Below, piece after piece: positions 1 through 10,767 of a stretch of 64,000 bases of DNA (positions are counted from its first letter, which is position 1; every line of letters begins with the position of its first letter). Both the position numbers and the translations under genes were made by a program. The stretch lies in the IMG/VR virus record IMGVR_UViG_3300047557_002876, positions 7,158 through 71,157 of that record; one strand, written 5' to 3'. Under the pieces are notes generated by a model. That model was not told the origin of the DNA. It saw nothing but the letters and a program-made list of their open reading frames with translations, and ran no database searches. This stretch comes from a virus.

Positions 1-3000
1 TGGTCTTACCATAAGAGAAGAGGGTTTTATTGTTGGTTCTGCAAATAGTATATCTCAATTAGATTTTGTTGGACCAAACATAACTGCCACTGCTTCTGGG
101 AATATTTCTACGGTAACTGTTGCCGATTATGTTTCTAATGCAGGAGTTGCAACTGGATTAACAACAACTTCTAATGTCAATACATCTGGTATTATTACTG
201 CAGCATCATTTTCTGGATCTGGGGTAAATCTAACATCTTTAAACGCCTCTAATTTATCTTCCGGTGTAGTTCCTTCTGATAGAATTACTGCATCTAGCGG
301 AGATTTTACGGTAGGAAATGATCTTTATGTAAACGGCAATTTGAGTATTGGTGGTACTTCAGTTATACTGAATGCCGCCACTTTAGTTATTAATGATAAA
401 GATATTGTTGTTGGTTATACTACAGATATTAATGGTAATGATGTTTCTAATGATGTAACTGCCAATCATGGTGGTATTTCTGTTGCATCGACAGTTGGAT
501 CTCCCATTATCAATATACCACTTCAAGTAGGTGTTAATAGTAGACCTTCCACATATAAGCAAATAATGTGGATTAAGGAAGGTAATTACTCGGGAATGGG
601 CACGGATGCTTGGGTATTTAATTATGCAGTTTCAATTGGTAATACCTCATCAGTCAAAAATAACAGCAGATTGACTGTTGGAACTGGGTTTACTGTATTT
701 GATAATTATGTAGAATTGATAGATATTCGATCTAGAAATATTTTTAGTTCTGGTATTATAACAGCTTCTTCTTTTGATGGAAATTCTACTACAGCAACTT
801 ATGCTTCTAATGCTGGTGTAGCAACTTACGCTTCTAATGCTGGAATTTCTACGAGTGTTATTGGTGGAATTTCTTCAGTATCTCAACTTAGAGTATCTGG
901 GATTTCTACATTGGGATTTGTAACTGCAACTAGTTTATATTCTGTTGGAGTTATCACTGCCTCATCTTTTGTTCCTTCTAGTGGATTTATTAAAGCCCCA
1001 GATGGAACTAATTCATTTTACATTTATGGTGGAACTGGAAATGTAGCATTCCAAGGAACAATAGGTGCTAGTAAAATTAATAATGCATCTGGTTATCTTG
1101 CAATTGATTTTTCTAGTTCTACTACTCCCACGGTTTTAGTTCCTAATAATCTTGGAGTCACTGGAATTGTTACAGTAAGTGATAAACTTGGTATAGGAAC
1201 GACAGATCCAACATCAAAAATTCATGTTATTGGTGATGGTTTGTTTACGGGCATTATTACTGCTAACTCATTTAGTGGAAATGCGACAAGTGCCAATTAT
1301 GCTCAGAATGCTGGCGTGGCAACTTATGCGTCTAACTCTGGAGTAGCGACCTACGCTTCAACTGCAGGTGTAGCAACAGGTTTAACAACCACTTCTAGTG
1401 TTAATACTACTGGCATTATTACTGCTTTAAGATTCATTGGAGATGGATCTCAGTTAACAGGTCTCGTTGCTCCCAGTTCTGGAATTGGTATCAATTCTGA
1501 TGGAATATCAGTTGGAGTTGCTGCAACAATACTTAACTTTTCTAGTGGTATTTTAGTAACTCCAATTTCCTCTGGTATTGCTACGATTTCTGTAATAACT
1601 GGTAATTATGCGTCCAATGCTGGAGTAGCAACTTATGCAGATTCGAGTGGCATTTCTACTTATGCTTCAACTGCAGGTGTAGCAACTTATGCGTCCAATG
1701 CTGGAGTAGCGACCTACGCTTCAACATCAGGTATTGCTACTTATGCTTCAACTGCAGGTGTAGCAACCTATACACCTAATGCTGGAATAGCAACTTATGC
1801 AGATTCAAGTGGCATTTCTACTTATGCACCTAATGCTGGAGTAGCAACTTATGCAACTAGTGCTGGTATTGCTACTTATGCACCTAATGCTGGAGTAGCG
1901 ACTTACGCTTCAACATCAGGTATTGCTACTTATGCTTCAACTGCAGGTGTAGCAACCTATACACCTAATGCTGGAATAGCAACCTATACACCTAATGCTG
2001 GAGTAGCAACCTATGCTTCAACATCAGGTATTGCTACTTATGCAACTAGTGCTGGAGTAGCGACCTACGCTTCAACATCAGGTATTGCTACTTATGCAAC
2101 TAGTGCTGGTATTGCTACTTATGCACCCAATGCTGGTCTCTCTACAGCACTTAAAAATTCAAGAACTTTTGAAATTACCGGGGATATCGTTGCATCACCA
2201 GTAAGTTTTGATGGAACTGGTAATGTATCTTTAGCGGCAACAATTCAACCAAATTCTGTTGCTCTTGGTGGAGATACAACTGGAGATTACATCCAATCAA
2301 TTTCTGGAACTGCAAATCAAATTACAGTAACTGGAGGAACTGGTGAAGGATCAACCCCTGTCATTTCTATTCCATCAAATCCAACATTACCTGGAAATGT
2401 AACAATTGCGAATGATCTTCAAGTCAATAATAATTTAAATGTAACTGGAAATATTACTGTTGGAGGAACAACTGGTTATCTAATTGTTCAAGATTTTAAA
2501 GTCAGTGATGCTGATATTATTGTAGGATTTACTACCGATGCATTTGGGCAAGATGTCTCTACTGATACTACTGCAAATCATGGTGGTATTGCTGTTGCAT
2601 CTACTGAAGGTAGTCCATTAGTTGATCTTGTAAATGTTGCAATTGGAGAAATAAATCCCACAACATATAAGAAAATTATGTGGTTCAAGTCTGGCGCTTT
2701 TGCCGGACTGAATACCGATGCTTGGTTATTTAATTATGGTGTTGGTATTGGAAGCACTCAATTTCCATCAGGGACAAGATTGGCAGCGGGGTCAGTTCAA
2801 TTTACTGAAAATGATTTAGCAGTTGTAAGGAATATCAATGCTTCTGGCATTTCAACTTTGGGATCGGTTCAAATATCTTCTGGTATTGTCACCGCAACTT
2901 CTGGTGTTGTAACATATTATGGTGATGGATCTAAATTAACCGGAATAACTGTTGAATCTTTGGGTGCAATTAGTGGGATCACAGTTAGAGAAGAAAATTC

Positions 3001-4873
3001 TATTGTTGGAACTGCAGGAAGTATTTCCTCTATCAATTTTGTTGGTCCAAATGTTACTGCTACTGCAGCAGGTTCTGAAGCAACTATTACTATTGCAGAT
3101 TATGTATCTTTAAGTGGAGTATCTACCTATGCTTCAACAGCAGGTGTAGCGACTTATGCACCTAATGCTGGAGTAGCAACTTATTCTGATACTGCAGGAG
3201 TATCTACAAGGGTTTCTGGTGGTACAGCATCAATTACTCAACTTAGTGTTTCTGGTGTTTCTACAGTTGGGTTATTAACAGCAACGAATATTGGTATAGG
3301 AACTGATAATGCATCTTCACCACTTTATGTTGTGGGTGATACATTTATTACTGGAATTTTAACTGCAAATAGAATTTTCAGTAATGTTTATGGTGAGTTT
3401 ACTGGAGGTGGTATTACTGGAACTGATATAGTTGGAACTGCATTAAGTATTTCTGGAATTTCAACTTTTAGTAGCGGACCAGTATTAATTGGATCAGTAG
3501 CACAAACTGGAACCGTATCTCAATTGCTTCAGGTAACTGGTGGTGCTTATATTTCAACCAGTACTGGTATAGGAATCACTAATCCATCACAACTCTTACA
3601 TGTTGAAGGTAACGCTAGAATTAGTGGCGCAATTTACGATTCTACAAATTCTGCAGGAATTTCGGGGCAAGTTTTACAGTCAACTGAAACTGGTACGCAA
3701 TGGACTACTCCTGCTAGTGGTGGTGGAAGTGGGATCGCTGCTAAATTTGATACAAATATTGATAATGTCTTTTATGTAACACCAACTGGCACACTAGATA
3801 GAGTTGGAGTTGGAACTACAACGACACAAATTACATCATTCCCTTCAACATCTGGTCTTGATTATATCGTTCATTCTATTCACGTAACTAACATATCGAA
3901 TGGTGATGCTGAAATTACAGCAGCATTTGACCTTGATGCTTTAAAAGTTCCAGCAGTTGTAAGTGCTGGAACATCTGGTATTCATACTTGCAGAGTTTCA
4001 AGTGCAAGTAGTATTACCGTTGGCATGGCGTTTACAGGAACTAATGTTGATTTTAATACACTAGTAACTGATGTTTCTGGAACTGTAATATTCTTAAGTA
4101 AACCTCTTCTTGGACCTATGTCTGGAACAGGATTCTTTACACCAGTATCGAAAGTTGTATCTAGACTTCCAGTTCCTGTTGGATCTGCTGTTGAAATAAT
4201 GAAACAACCATTTGTTTTATACCCAAGTGACAGTGTTCGTGTACAAGCGACTGGGTTAGGAACAGTTGGCGTTGCCCTTAGCACAACTGCATCTGCACCA
4301 GTTGGATTTGCAACAATTGGTGTTTCTACTTTTTCTGGAATCGCTGCGGGACAACTAGTTGTTGGATCTGGAATTGCTACAAATACTTACGTTGGTGTTG
4401 GTTATACGCCAGGTACATTGGTTGTACCGATCACTAAGGCAGTAAGATCTGCTTTAAGTGCTACTCCTGTTCAATTTATTGATGCAATTGTTCCTCAAGA
4501 TGGTTCATTGCAGACTACAATTGTTTATCAGGCAACAACAGATACTGCATATTTAAATGGAAGTAGTAGAGGAGTTGGTGTTGGAACTACAGCAACAGTT
4601 TATTATGGGACTGGTAATACTTATCCTTCTGTGGTACAATCAATTAGAGTTTCAAACATTAGTGATTCTGGTGATTATCCAGTTTGGGTTGGAATTGGAA
4701 ACTCTGATACAATCTTTACCTACTTAGCCTATAACTTAATTGTTCCTAAAAATTCAACGATTGAATTATGTGAAGCACCAAAACGATTAGGAATAGGTCA
4801 ATCAATTTTTGCATTCTCAGATACATTAAACTCAATAGAAATACAAATCGCAGGAAAACAAAAGATTCAATAA
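1..4873 (+). CDS. Large tail fibre / virion structural protein, 5' truncated by the window
   Basis: The frame is open from nt 2 (GLTIREEGFIVGS...), upstream of the listed start at 341. It is G/S/T-rich with GIGTT motifs, AGVATYA repeats and an internally duplicated ANHGGI...TYK.IMW..DAW.FNY module. Confidence 0.8.
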   Translation, partial: GLTIREEGFIVGSANSISQLDFVGPNITATASGNISTVTVADYVSNAGVATGLTTTSNVNTSGIITAASFSGSGVNLTSLNASNLSSGVVPSDRITASSGDFTVGNDLYVNGNLSIGGTSVILNAATLVINDKDIVVGYTTDINGNDVSNDVTANHGGISVASTVGSPIINIPLQVGVNSRPSTYKQIMWIKEGNYSGMGTDAWVFNYAVSIGNTSSVKNNSRLTVGTGFTVFDNYVELIDIRSRNIFSSGIITASSFDGNSTTATYASNAGVATYASNAGISTSVIGGISSVSQLRVSGISTLGFVTATSLYSVGVITASSFVPSSGFIKAPDGTNSFYIYGGTGNVAFQGTIGASKINNASGYLAIDFSSSTTPTVLVPNNLGVTGIVTVSDKLGIGTTDPTSKIHVIGDGLFTGIITANSFSGNATSANYAQNAGVATYASNSGVATYASTAGVATGLTTTSSVNTTGIITALRFIGDGSQLTGLVAPSSGIGINSDGISVGVAATILNFSSGILVTPISSGIATISVITGNYASNAGVATYADSSGISTYASTAGVATYASNAGVATYASTSGIATYASTAGVATYTPNAGIATYADSSGISTYAPNAGVATYATSAGIATYAPNAGVATYASTSGIATYASTAGVATYTPNAGIATYTPNAGVATYASTSGIATYATSAGVATYASTSGIATYATSAGIATYAPNAGLSTALKNSRTFEITGDIVASPVSFDGTGNVSLAATIQPNSVALGGDTTGDYIQSISGTANQITVTGGTGEGSTPVISIPSNPTLPGNVTIANDLQVNNNLNVTGNITVGGTTGYLIVQDFKVSDADIIVGFTTDAFGQDVSTDTTANHGGIAVASTEGSPLVDLVNVAIGEINPTTYKKIMWFKSGAFAGLNTDAWLFNYGVGIGSTQFPSGTRLAAGSVQFTENDLAVVRNINASGISTLGSVQISSGIVTATSGVVTYYGDGSKLTGITVESLGAISGITVREENSIVGTAGSISSINFVGPNVTATAAGSEATITIADYVSLSGVSTYASTAGVATYAPNAGVATYSDTAGVSTRVSGGTASITQLSVSGVSTVGLLTATNIGIGTDNASSPLYVVGDTFITGILTANRIFSNVYGEFTGGGITGTDIVGTALSISGISTFSSGPVLIGSVAQTGTVSQLLQVTGGAYISTSTGIGITNPSQLLHVEGNARISGAIYDSTNSAGISGQVLQSTETGTQWTTPASGGGSGIAAKFDTNIDNVFYVTPTGTLDRVGVGTTTTQITSFPSTSGLDYIVHSIHVTNISNGDAEITAAFDLDALKVPAVVSAGTSGIHTCRVSSASSITVGMAFTGTNVDFNTLVTDVSGTVIFLSKPLLGPMSGTGFFTPVSKVVSRLPVPVGSAVEIMKQPFVLYPSDSVRVQATGLGTVGVALSTTASAPVGFATIGVSTFSGIAAGQLVVGSGIATNTYVGVGYTPGTLVVPITKAVRSALSATPVQFIDAIVPQDGSLQTTIVYQATTDTAYLNGSSRGVGVGTTATVYYGTGNTYPSVVQSIRVSNISDSGDYPVWVGIGNSDTIFTYLAYNLIVPKNSTIELCEAPKRLGIGQSIFAFSDTLNSIEIQIAGKQKIQ
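1607..2140 (+). repeat. About 19-20 tandem 27-nt (9-aa) coding repeats, consensus YAxxAG(V/I)AT
   Basis: Recurring gctggagtagcaacttatgc / ggtattgctacttatgc units, visible directly. Confidence 0.9.
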
Positions 4874-4875
4874 TT

Positions 4876-5529
4876 ATGAGTATTCTTATATCATTACCTT
4901 GTTATGGTGGTTTGGTTAGTGAAAAAACTTCAACTTCACTATTCAATCTAGGTAAACTTTTGGTTCGTAATAACATTGATCATGGTATTATGACTGTTGC
5001 TAATGAATCCATGATCTCAAAAGGTAGATCAAGAATTGCAAATTTCTTCATGAATAATACTGAGTTTGAGTATTTGTTTTGTTTGGATGCTGATGTTGCA
5101 TTTCGGGCAGAAGATGTATTGAAGTTATATTCATATCAAAAACCAATAGTATCTGCCGCATATCCAATGAAAACAATTCCATTAAGGTATTGTTATGATG
5201 TATGCAATCCAATAAAATTGTGCGGCAATCTAATTAAAATTGGTGGAATAGGTATGGGATTTGTGATGATTCATAGAAGTGTCTTTGCTAAACTAAATAA
5301 GTATTATAGTGAACTGAAATATTTTCCTTCATTAAATAATTCAAATTATCCAATTACAGAAAAAGAATACGATAATTCATATCATTACTTTGCAGAAATG
5401 TGTGAAAATGGCAAGTATCTGGGAGAGGATATGAGTTTCTTTAAAAGACTTAATGAAGTTGGATATGATGTTTGGTTAGATACAAGTATAGAATTACAAC
5501 ATATCGGTTCTCACGTATTCGGTAAATAA
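4876..5529 (+). CDS. Putative GT-A fold glycosyltransferase
   Basis: N-terminal ILISLPCY strand, FCLDADV (DxD motif), GMGFVMI, GEDMSFF and HIG motifs. Confidence 0.7.
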   Translation: MSILISLPCYGGLVSEKTSTSLFNLGKLLVRNNIDHGIMTVANESMISKGRSRIANFFMNNTEFEYLFCLDADVAFRAEDVLKLYSYQKPIVSAAYPMKTIPLRYCYDVCNPIKLCGNLIKIGGIGMGFVMIHRSVFAKLNKYYSELKYFPSLNNSNYPITEKEYDNSYHYFAEMCENGKYLGEDMSFFKRLNEVGYDVWLDTSIELQHIGSHVFGK

Positions 5530-5530
5530 A

Positions 5531-7390
5531 ATGGCGACAGGGGTATTTGGTTTAGGTCAAACTTATAACTTAAAAAGAACTGAAACTTATACCACTTTAA
5601 ATTCTTATGGTTGGTTTGGTGCTGGAAGAGTTCTTTCTACTCCTACACCTATATCACATTCTACGGTTGATCGTATAGATTTTTCTAATGATTCTTCAAC
5701 AACATCGCCAAGAGGTTCATTAAGTTCAGCAAGATACAGTTTGGCAGCAACTGGAAATTCTAACTATGGATGGTTTGGTGGTGGCAGAACTAATGCAGTA
5801 TTTTTTTCAACAGTAGATCGTATTGATTTTTCAAATGATTCTACGACCGCATCAGTTAGAGGACCATTGAGTTTAGCAAAAGATGGTTCAGGAGCAGTAA
5901 AAAATTCTAACTATGGGTGGTTTGGTGCTGGTGGTGTATCAGCAGCAGTAATATCGACAGTAGATCGTATTGATTTTTCAAATGATCTAACAACTGCACC
6001 ATTAAGAGGATTTTTAAGTATTTCAAGAACTCCTCCCGCAGCAACTGGCAACTCTAACTATGGATGGTTTGCTGGTGGAAGTGCGCCAGTATCAACAGTA
6101 GATCGCATTGATTTTTCAAATGATTTTACGACCGCATCAGTTAGAGGACCATTAAGTTCAGCAAGAGGTGGTTCAGGAGCAACTGGCAACTCTAACTATG
6201 GATGGTTTGGTGGTGGACTTCCCGGTCCAGTGTCAACAGTAGATCGTATTGATTTTTCAAATGATTTGGCAACTGCATTAGTTAGAGGACCATTAAGTTT
6301 AGCAAAAAATGCTCCAAGAAGTTCTGGGAATACTAATTATGGTTGGTTTGGTGGCGGAAATACTCCTGGTCCAGTAGTATTGTCCACAGTAGATCGTATT
6401 GATTTTTCAAATGATTTGGCAACTGCATCAGTTAGAGGTTCATTAAGTTTAAGTAGAGATTTTTCTTCGTCTACATCTGGACAAGCAAAACCCCCAAGTA
6501 TTCTTCCACAAGCGTCAGGTAATTTTGGTTGGTTTGGTGGTGGTTATTATCTTATTCCTCCATCTTCGATATTTTATTATGCTGTAGTTGATCGAATTAA
6601 TTTTTCTAATGATCTAGCGTCAGCATCTCTAAGAGGGTCTTTATCATTTGGAAGAGGAGGAACTGCTGCATCTAGTAATAAAAATTATGGTTGGTGGAGC
6701 GGAGGTAATGCAGCACCTGGAACTTCTAATTTAGTTGATAGAGTAGACTTTTCAAATGATACCCGAACAGCGATTCCTAGGGGAAGACTCATATCACCAA
6801 AAACTTACATTTTTTCAACTTCAAATGCAAATTATAATTGGATTTCTGGAGGTTCTTCATCAAATACTGTAGTAGAAAGAATAGATTTTTCCAATGATAA
6901 CGTTACATCATCAAGAAGGGGAAATTTATCTACATCTAGAGCTAGATTATCGGCAACAGGAAATTCTGACTATGGTTGGTTTGGTGGAGGAACATCAAGT
7001 TCTAGAGTAGATAGACTAGATTTTTCTAATGATAGTTCAATAGCATCGGTTAGAGGTAACTTATCTGTTAATAGAGATTGGTCTGCTGCTACAGGAAACT
7101 CTAATTATGGTTGGTGGTGTGGTGGAACTACACGTTCATCAATAGATCGTATAGATTTTTCTAATGATTCTGCAACAGCATTACTAAGAGGAATAATGCC
7201 ATCTATTCGATATTCTCATGGAGGGACTTCGGACAAAAATTATGCTTGGTGGGGCGGAGGTTATACTACTGTTTATACCAGTAGCGTAGTAAAAAGTAAT
7301 TTTTCCAATGACTTAGCGACAGCTGCATCAAGATCTATACTATCTCAGATTAGATCTAGACTGTCTGCTTGTTCTAATGCAATAAAATAA
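5531..7390 (+). CDS. Kelch-like repeat (double beta-propeller) protein 1, probably virion-associated
   Basis: 12 repeats of ~48 aa (GNSNYGWFGGG..STVDRIDFSND..RGPLS) and an N-terminal GVFGL motif. Confidence 0.75.
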   Translation: MATGVFGLGQTYNLKRTETYTTLNSYGWFGAGRVLSTPTPISHSTVDRIDFSNDSSTTSPRGSLSSARYSLAATGNSNYGWFGGGRTNAVFFSTVDRIDFSNDSTTASVRGPLSLAKDGSGAVKNSNYGWFGAGGVSAAVISTVDRIDFSNDLTTAPLRGFLSISRTPPAATGNSNYGWFAGGSAPVSTVDRIDFSNDFTTASVRGPLSSARGGSGATGNSNYGWFGGGLPGPVSTVDRIDFSNDLATALVRGPLSLAKNAPRSSGNTNYGWFGGGNTPGPVVLSTVDRIDFSNDLATASVRGSLSLSRDFSSSTSGQAKPPSILPQASGNFGWFGGGYYLIPPSSIFYYAVVDRINFSNDLASASLRGSLSFGRGGTAASSNKNYGWWSGGNAAPGTSNLVDRVDFSNDTRTAIPRGRLISPKTYIFSTSNANYNWISGGSSSNTVVERIDFSNDNVTSSRRGNLSTSRARLSATGNSDYGWFGGGTSSSRVDRLDFSNDSSIASVRGNLSVNRDWSAATGNSNYGWWCGGTTRSSIDRIDFSNDSATALLRGIMPSIRYSHGGTSDKNYAWWGGGYTTVYTSSVVKSNFSNDLATAASRSILSQIRSRLSACSNAIK

Positions 7391-7413
7391 ATAATTGAAA
7401 TTAGATTATTTTT

Positions 7414-8025
7414 ATGAGGCAAAATATTATCATTGTTGATAACTTTTATGAAAACCCATATGAAGTTCGTCAATATGCACTAAATCTAGAGTATCCACAA
7501 CCTGAAGATGGGTATACTTATCCCGGAAGAAATTCAAAAGGAACATTTTATAACAAAGAAATTCATAATAAGTTTGAACTGCTTTTAGGAAGATCTCTTA
7601 TTCCTGCACAAGAGGGAAATCATGGCGACTTTAGGTTGTCATTGGAGAATGATACATTTCAGCAAGATATTCATATTGATCCAATCTGGGACTGGGGCTG
7701 CGTTCTTTATATGAATCTACCAAACCAATGTATTCCTGAAGCAGGAACATCTTTCTGGAGGCATAAAAAACTTGGTTGGGAAAGATGCCCTGAACATCAC
7801 GAAGCAAGTTGGTTTGGTTATACCTCTTATGATGAGATAAGGGAAGGTATTGTATATGGTGATGGTTTAGATCGTTCTAAGTGGGATAGGTATTGTCTTG
7901 CAAATATGCAGTATAATAGAGCAGTAATATTTGATCCAAAACTTTGGCACTCTCATGGAGAAAACTTTGGAGATTGTTTAGAGAATGGTAGACTAGTTCA
8001 GTTATTCTTTTTTACGAATGGATAA
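7414..8025 (+). CDS. 2OG-Fe(II) oxygenase-like protein (DUF6445-like)
   Basis: IIVDNFY..P start, YPG.., HID (HxD), GTSFWRH, YNRAVIF..WHS and RLVQLFF. Confidence 0.65.
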   Translation: MRQNIIIVDNFYENPYEVRQYALNLEYPQPEDGYTYPGRNSKGTFYNKEIHNKFELLLGRSLIPAQEGNHGDFRLSLENDTFQQDIHIDPIWDWGCVLYMNLPNQCIPEAGTSFWRHKKLGWERCPEHHEASWFGYTSYDEIREGIVYGDGLDRSKWDRYCLANMQYNRAVIFDPKLWHSHGENFGDCLENGRLVQLFFFTNG

Positions 8026-8848
8026 AGTATATTTTTTTGAGAGTGGATTACCTCGTTCTGGTTCTACTTTACTATCTGCGATTTTAAATCAAAATCCAGA
8101 TATTCATTGTGGTGCTATATCCCCTGTATTGGAGATTATGTATTATACTGAACAGTATTTTGGGACGTCAGAGCAAGCACTTGCATACCCAAAACCAAAA
8201 CAGCATCATAAAATTATTTCAAGCGTAATTGATAATTATTATAGTGATATTGATAAACCGATTGTGATTGATAAATGTCGTGCTTGGCCTAATAACATTG
8301 ATAGAATACAAGAATATATCACAAAAACACCGAAGATTCTTTGTCCAGTAAGAGATGTATTAGAAATTCTTGCATCTTTTATTCAGATGATTCATCGTAA
8401 TCCAAACCAATTATCTTTTGTAGATAAAGTACTTAAAGATCGTGGGTATGAATTAAATGATGATAATCGATGTGATTATTTAATGTGTCCTGAAGGAATT
8501 GTAGATCAATCTTTATATGCTTTTAGTCAAGGATTTGAAAAGGGTTGTGGAAGATATATGCATTTGATTGAATATAATGATCTAGTGTATCGACCAGAAG
8601 AAACTTTTAGAAAAATATATCAATTTTTAGAATTGCCTTATTATCAGCATGATTTTGATAATGTGGATCATAAATACCGTGAGAGAGATAATGAAGTTTA
8701 TGGTTTGAGTGATATGCATCAAGTTCATAAACAAGTCAAAAAAACTTGTCGAAAACCAGAAGAAATTTTAAGTGATTATATATTGAACAAATATTCCAAT
8801 ATGGAATTTTGGAGACAACCAAAACAACCCATTCAATTATTCATTTAA
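8018..8848 (+). CDS. Sulfotransferase family protein
   Basis: PAPS-binding loop SGLPRSGSTLL, plus DKCR, PVRD..ILAS and YNDLV..PEE motifs. Confidence 0.85.
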   Translation: MDKVYFFESGLPRSGSTLLSAILNQNPDIHCGAISPVLEIMYYTEQYFGTSEQALAYPKPKQHHKIISSVIDNYYSDIDKPIVIDKCRAWPNNIDRIQEYITKTPKILCPVRDVLEILASFIQMIHRNPNQLSFVDKVLKDRGYELNDDNRCDYLMCPEGIVDQSLYAFSQGFEKGCGRYMHLIEYNDLVYRPEETFRKIYQFLELPYYQHDFDNVDHKYRERDNEVYGLSDMHQVHKQVKKTCRKPEEILSDYILNKYSNMEFWRQPKQPIQLFI

Positions 8849-8852
8849 GTAA

Positions 8853-10763
8853 ATGCCTGTAGGAAATAATAGTGTATTTGGAGTATTTGGTTTAAATGAA
8901 GTTCGATCTGCGAGAGTGCAGAATGTATGGTTAAATAAAGAATCAGTTGCAAATCATGGTTGGTTTGGTGGTGGTCTTACTCCAACACCAGCAAATGTAT
9001 CAACTATAGACCGTATAGATTTCTCTAATGATTCCGTAACAGCGCAATCAAGGGGTTTATTAAGTTCAATAAACCGAAGCATGGCAGCAACAGGAAACTC
9101 TAACTATGGGTGGTTTGGTGGTGGATTTCCTTCAGTATCGACAGTAGATCGTATAGATTTTTCTAATGATTCTGCAACAGCAACCCCAAGAGGTTCATTA
9201 ACTTTAGCAAAAGCTGATTTAGCAGCAACAGGAAATTTCAATTATGGTTGGTTTTGTGGTGGTTCTATTGCAACTCCTGCAGTAGTATCGGCAGTTGATC
9301 GCATAGATTTTTCTAATGACTCTACAATAGCATTATCTAGAGGTCTATCAAGTTTAGCAAGAGAAAGATTTGCAGCAACTGGTAATTCCAACTATGGTTG
9401 GTTTGGTGGTGGATATGTGGCACCTACTGTTTATTCGACAGTAGATCGTGTGGATTTTTCAAATGATTCTGCAATAGCATCACCAAGAAGTCCATTAAGT
9501 TTGGCAAGGCAAAAATCTACGGCAACTGGTAATTCTAACTATGGTTGGTTTGGTGGAGGTCTTATACCTGGTCCCGCAGCAACAGAAACAGTAGACCGTA
9601 TTGATTTTTCTAATGATTTAGTAACAGCATCTGTTAGAGGTTCATTGGTATCCGCAAAAGCAACTGCAGCAGCAACTGGTAATTCTGACTATGGATGGTT
9701 TGGTGGAGCAGAATTTCCAGCAGCAACATCGGCAATAGACCGCATAGATTTTTCTAGTGATTTAGTAGCAGCATCTCCAAGAGGTTTATTATTTACTGCA
9801 AGAGGAAATTTAGCAGCAACTTCAGGCGTTCTTAATATTCGTAGACAAAAAGGTGGAAATTTTGGTTGGTTTGTTGGTGGAGGTTCTAATCCAGGAACTG
9901 GATTAATAGCAACAAATAGAATAGATCGTATTGATTTTTCCAATGATTCTATAACTGCTTCTACGAGAACTAATTTTACTTCGAGTAGATTAACGATGGC
10001 ATCTACCGGAAACTTTGATTATGGTTGGTTTAGTGGTGGACATAGTGGATCTAGTCCCGCTTCAACGTCTCAGGTTGTTAGACTAAATTTTAATAATGAT
10101 TCCGCTTCTGCTTTAGTTAGAGGACCTCTAATAGATAATAGATATGGTGCCGCTGCCACTGGAAATTCTAATTATGGATGGGTGGGACAAGGCGCAAAAG
10201 ACCCGAGCACAGTATCTACAGTTTATCGTATTGATTTTTCAAATGATCTTACGGCAACTTCTCTAAGAGGACCTCTAGCAAATACTTATTTTATGGTTTC
10301 CGCAACAGGTAATTCTAATTATGGGTGGTGGGGAACTGGTGCATCTGGTGGGGTTACAAGATCCACTATTGATCGTATGAATTTTTCAAATGACCTCGCA
10401 GCTTCATCAGTGAGATCTCCTGTTTCAGCAACAAATAAAGCGGCTGCGACTGGAAACTCTAATTATGGATGGTGGGCAGGAGGTTATTCTGGAGGGTTCT
10501 TACGATCTGTAAGTAGGATAAATTTTTCTAACGACCTCAGTGCATTTTCTCCAAGAGCATTTTTATCGACATTTAAAAGTGCTCATAGTGCCACTGGTAA
10601 TTCTAACTATGGATGGTTTGGTGGTGGTTACTTTAGTTCATTTACAATGTATTCTATAGTCGATAGAATTAATTTTTCAAATGATAGTTCAACTGCAACT
10701 ACTAGAGGAGTTTTAAGTGCAGCTAGATATAGTTCTTCTGCAGCATCAAATACAATAAGATAA
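8853..10763 (+). CDS. Kelch-like repeat protein 2
   Basis: 12 GW(F/W)GGG...DRIDFSND repeats and GVFGL near the N-terminus. Confidence 0.75.
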   Translation: MPVGNNSVFGVFGLNEVRSARVQNVWLNKESVANHGWFGGGLTPTPANVSTIDRIDFSNDSVTAQSRGLLSSINRSMAATGNSNYGWFGGGFPSVSTVDRIDFSNDSATATPRGSLTLAKADLAATGNFNYGWFCGGSIATPAVVSAVDRIDFSNDSTIALSRGLSSLARERFAATGNSNYGWFGGGYVAPTVYSTVDRVDFSNDSAIASPRSPLSLARQKSTATGNSNYGWFGGGLIPGPAATETVDRIDFSNDLVTASVRGSLVSAKATAAATGNSDYGWFGGAEFPAATSAIDRIDFSSDLVAASPRGLLFTARGNLAATSGVLNIRRQKGGNFGWFVGGGSNPGTGLIATNRIDRIDFSNDSITASTRTNFTSSRLTMASTGNFDYGWFSGGHSGSSPASTSQVVRLNFNNDSASALVRGPLIDNRYGAAATGNSNYGWVGQGAKDPSTVSTVYRIDFSNDLTATSLRGPLANTYFMVSATGNSNYGWWGTGASGGVTRSTIDRMNFSNDLAASSVRSPVSATNKAAATGNSNYGWWAGGYSGGFLRSVSRINFSNDLSAFSPRAFLSTFKSAHSATGNSNYGWFGGGYFSSFTMYSIVDRINFSNDSSTATTRGVLSAARYSSSAASNTIR

Positions 10764-10767
10764 AATT

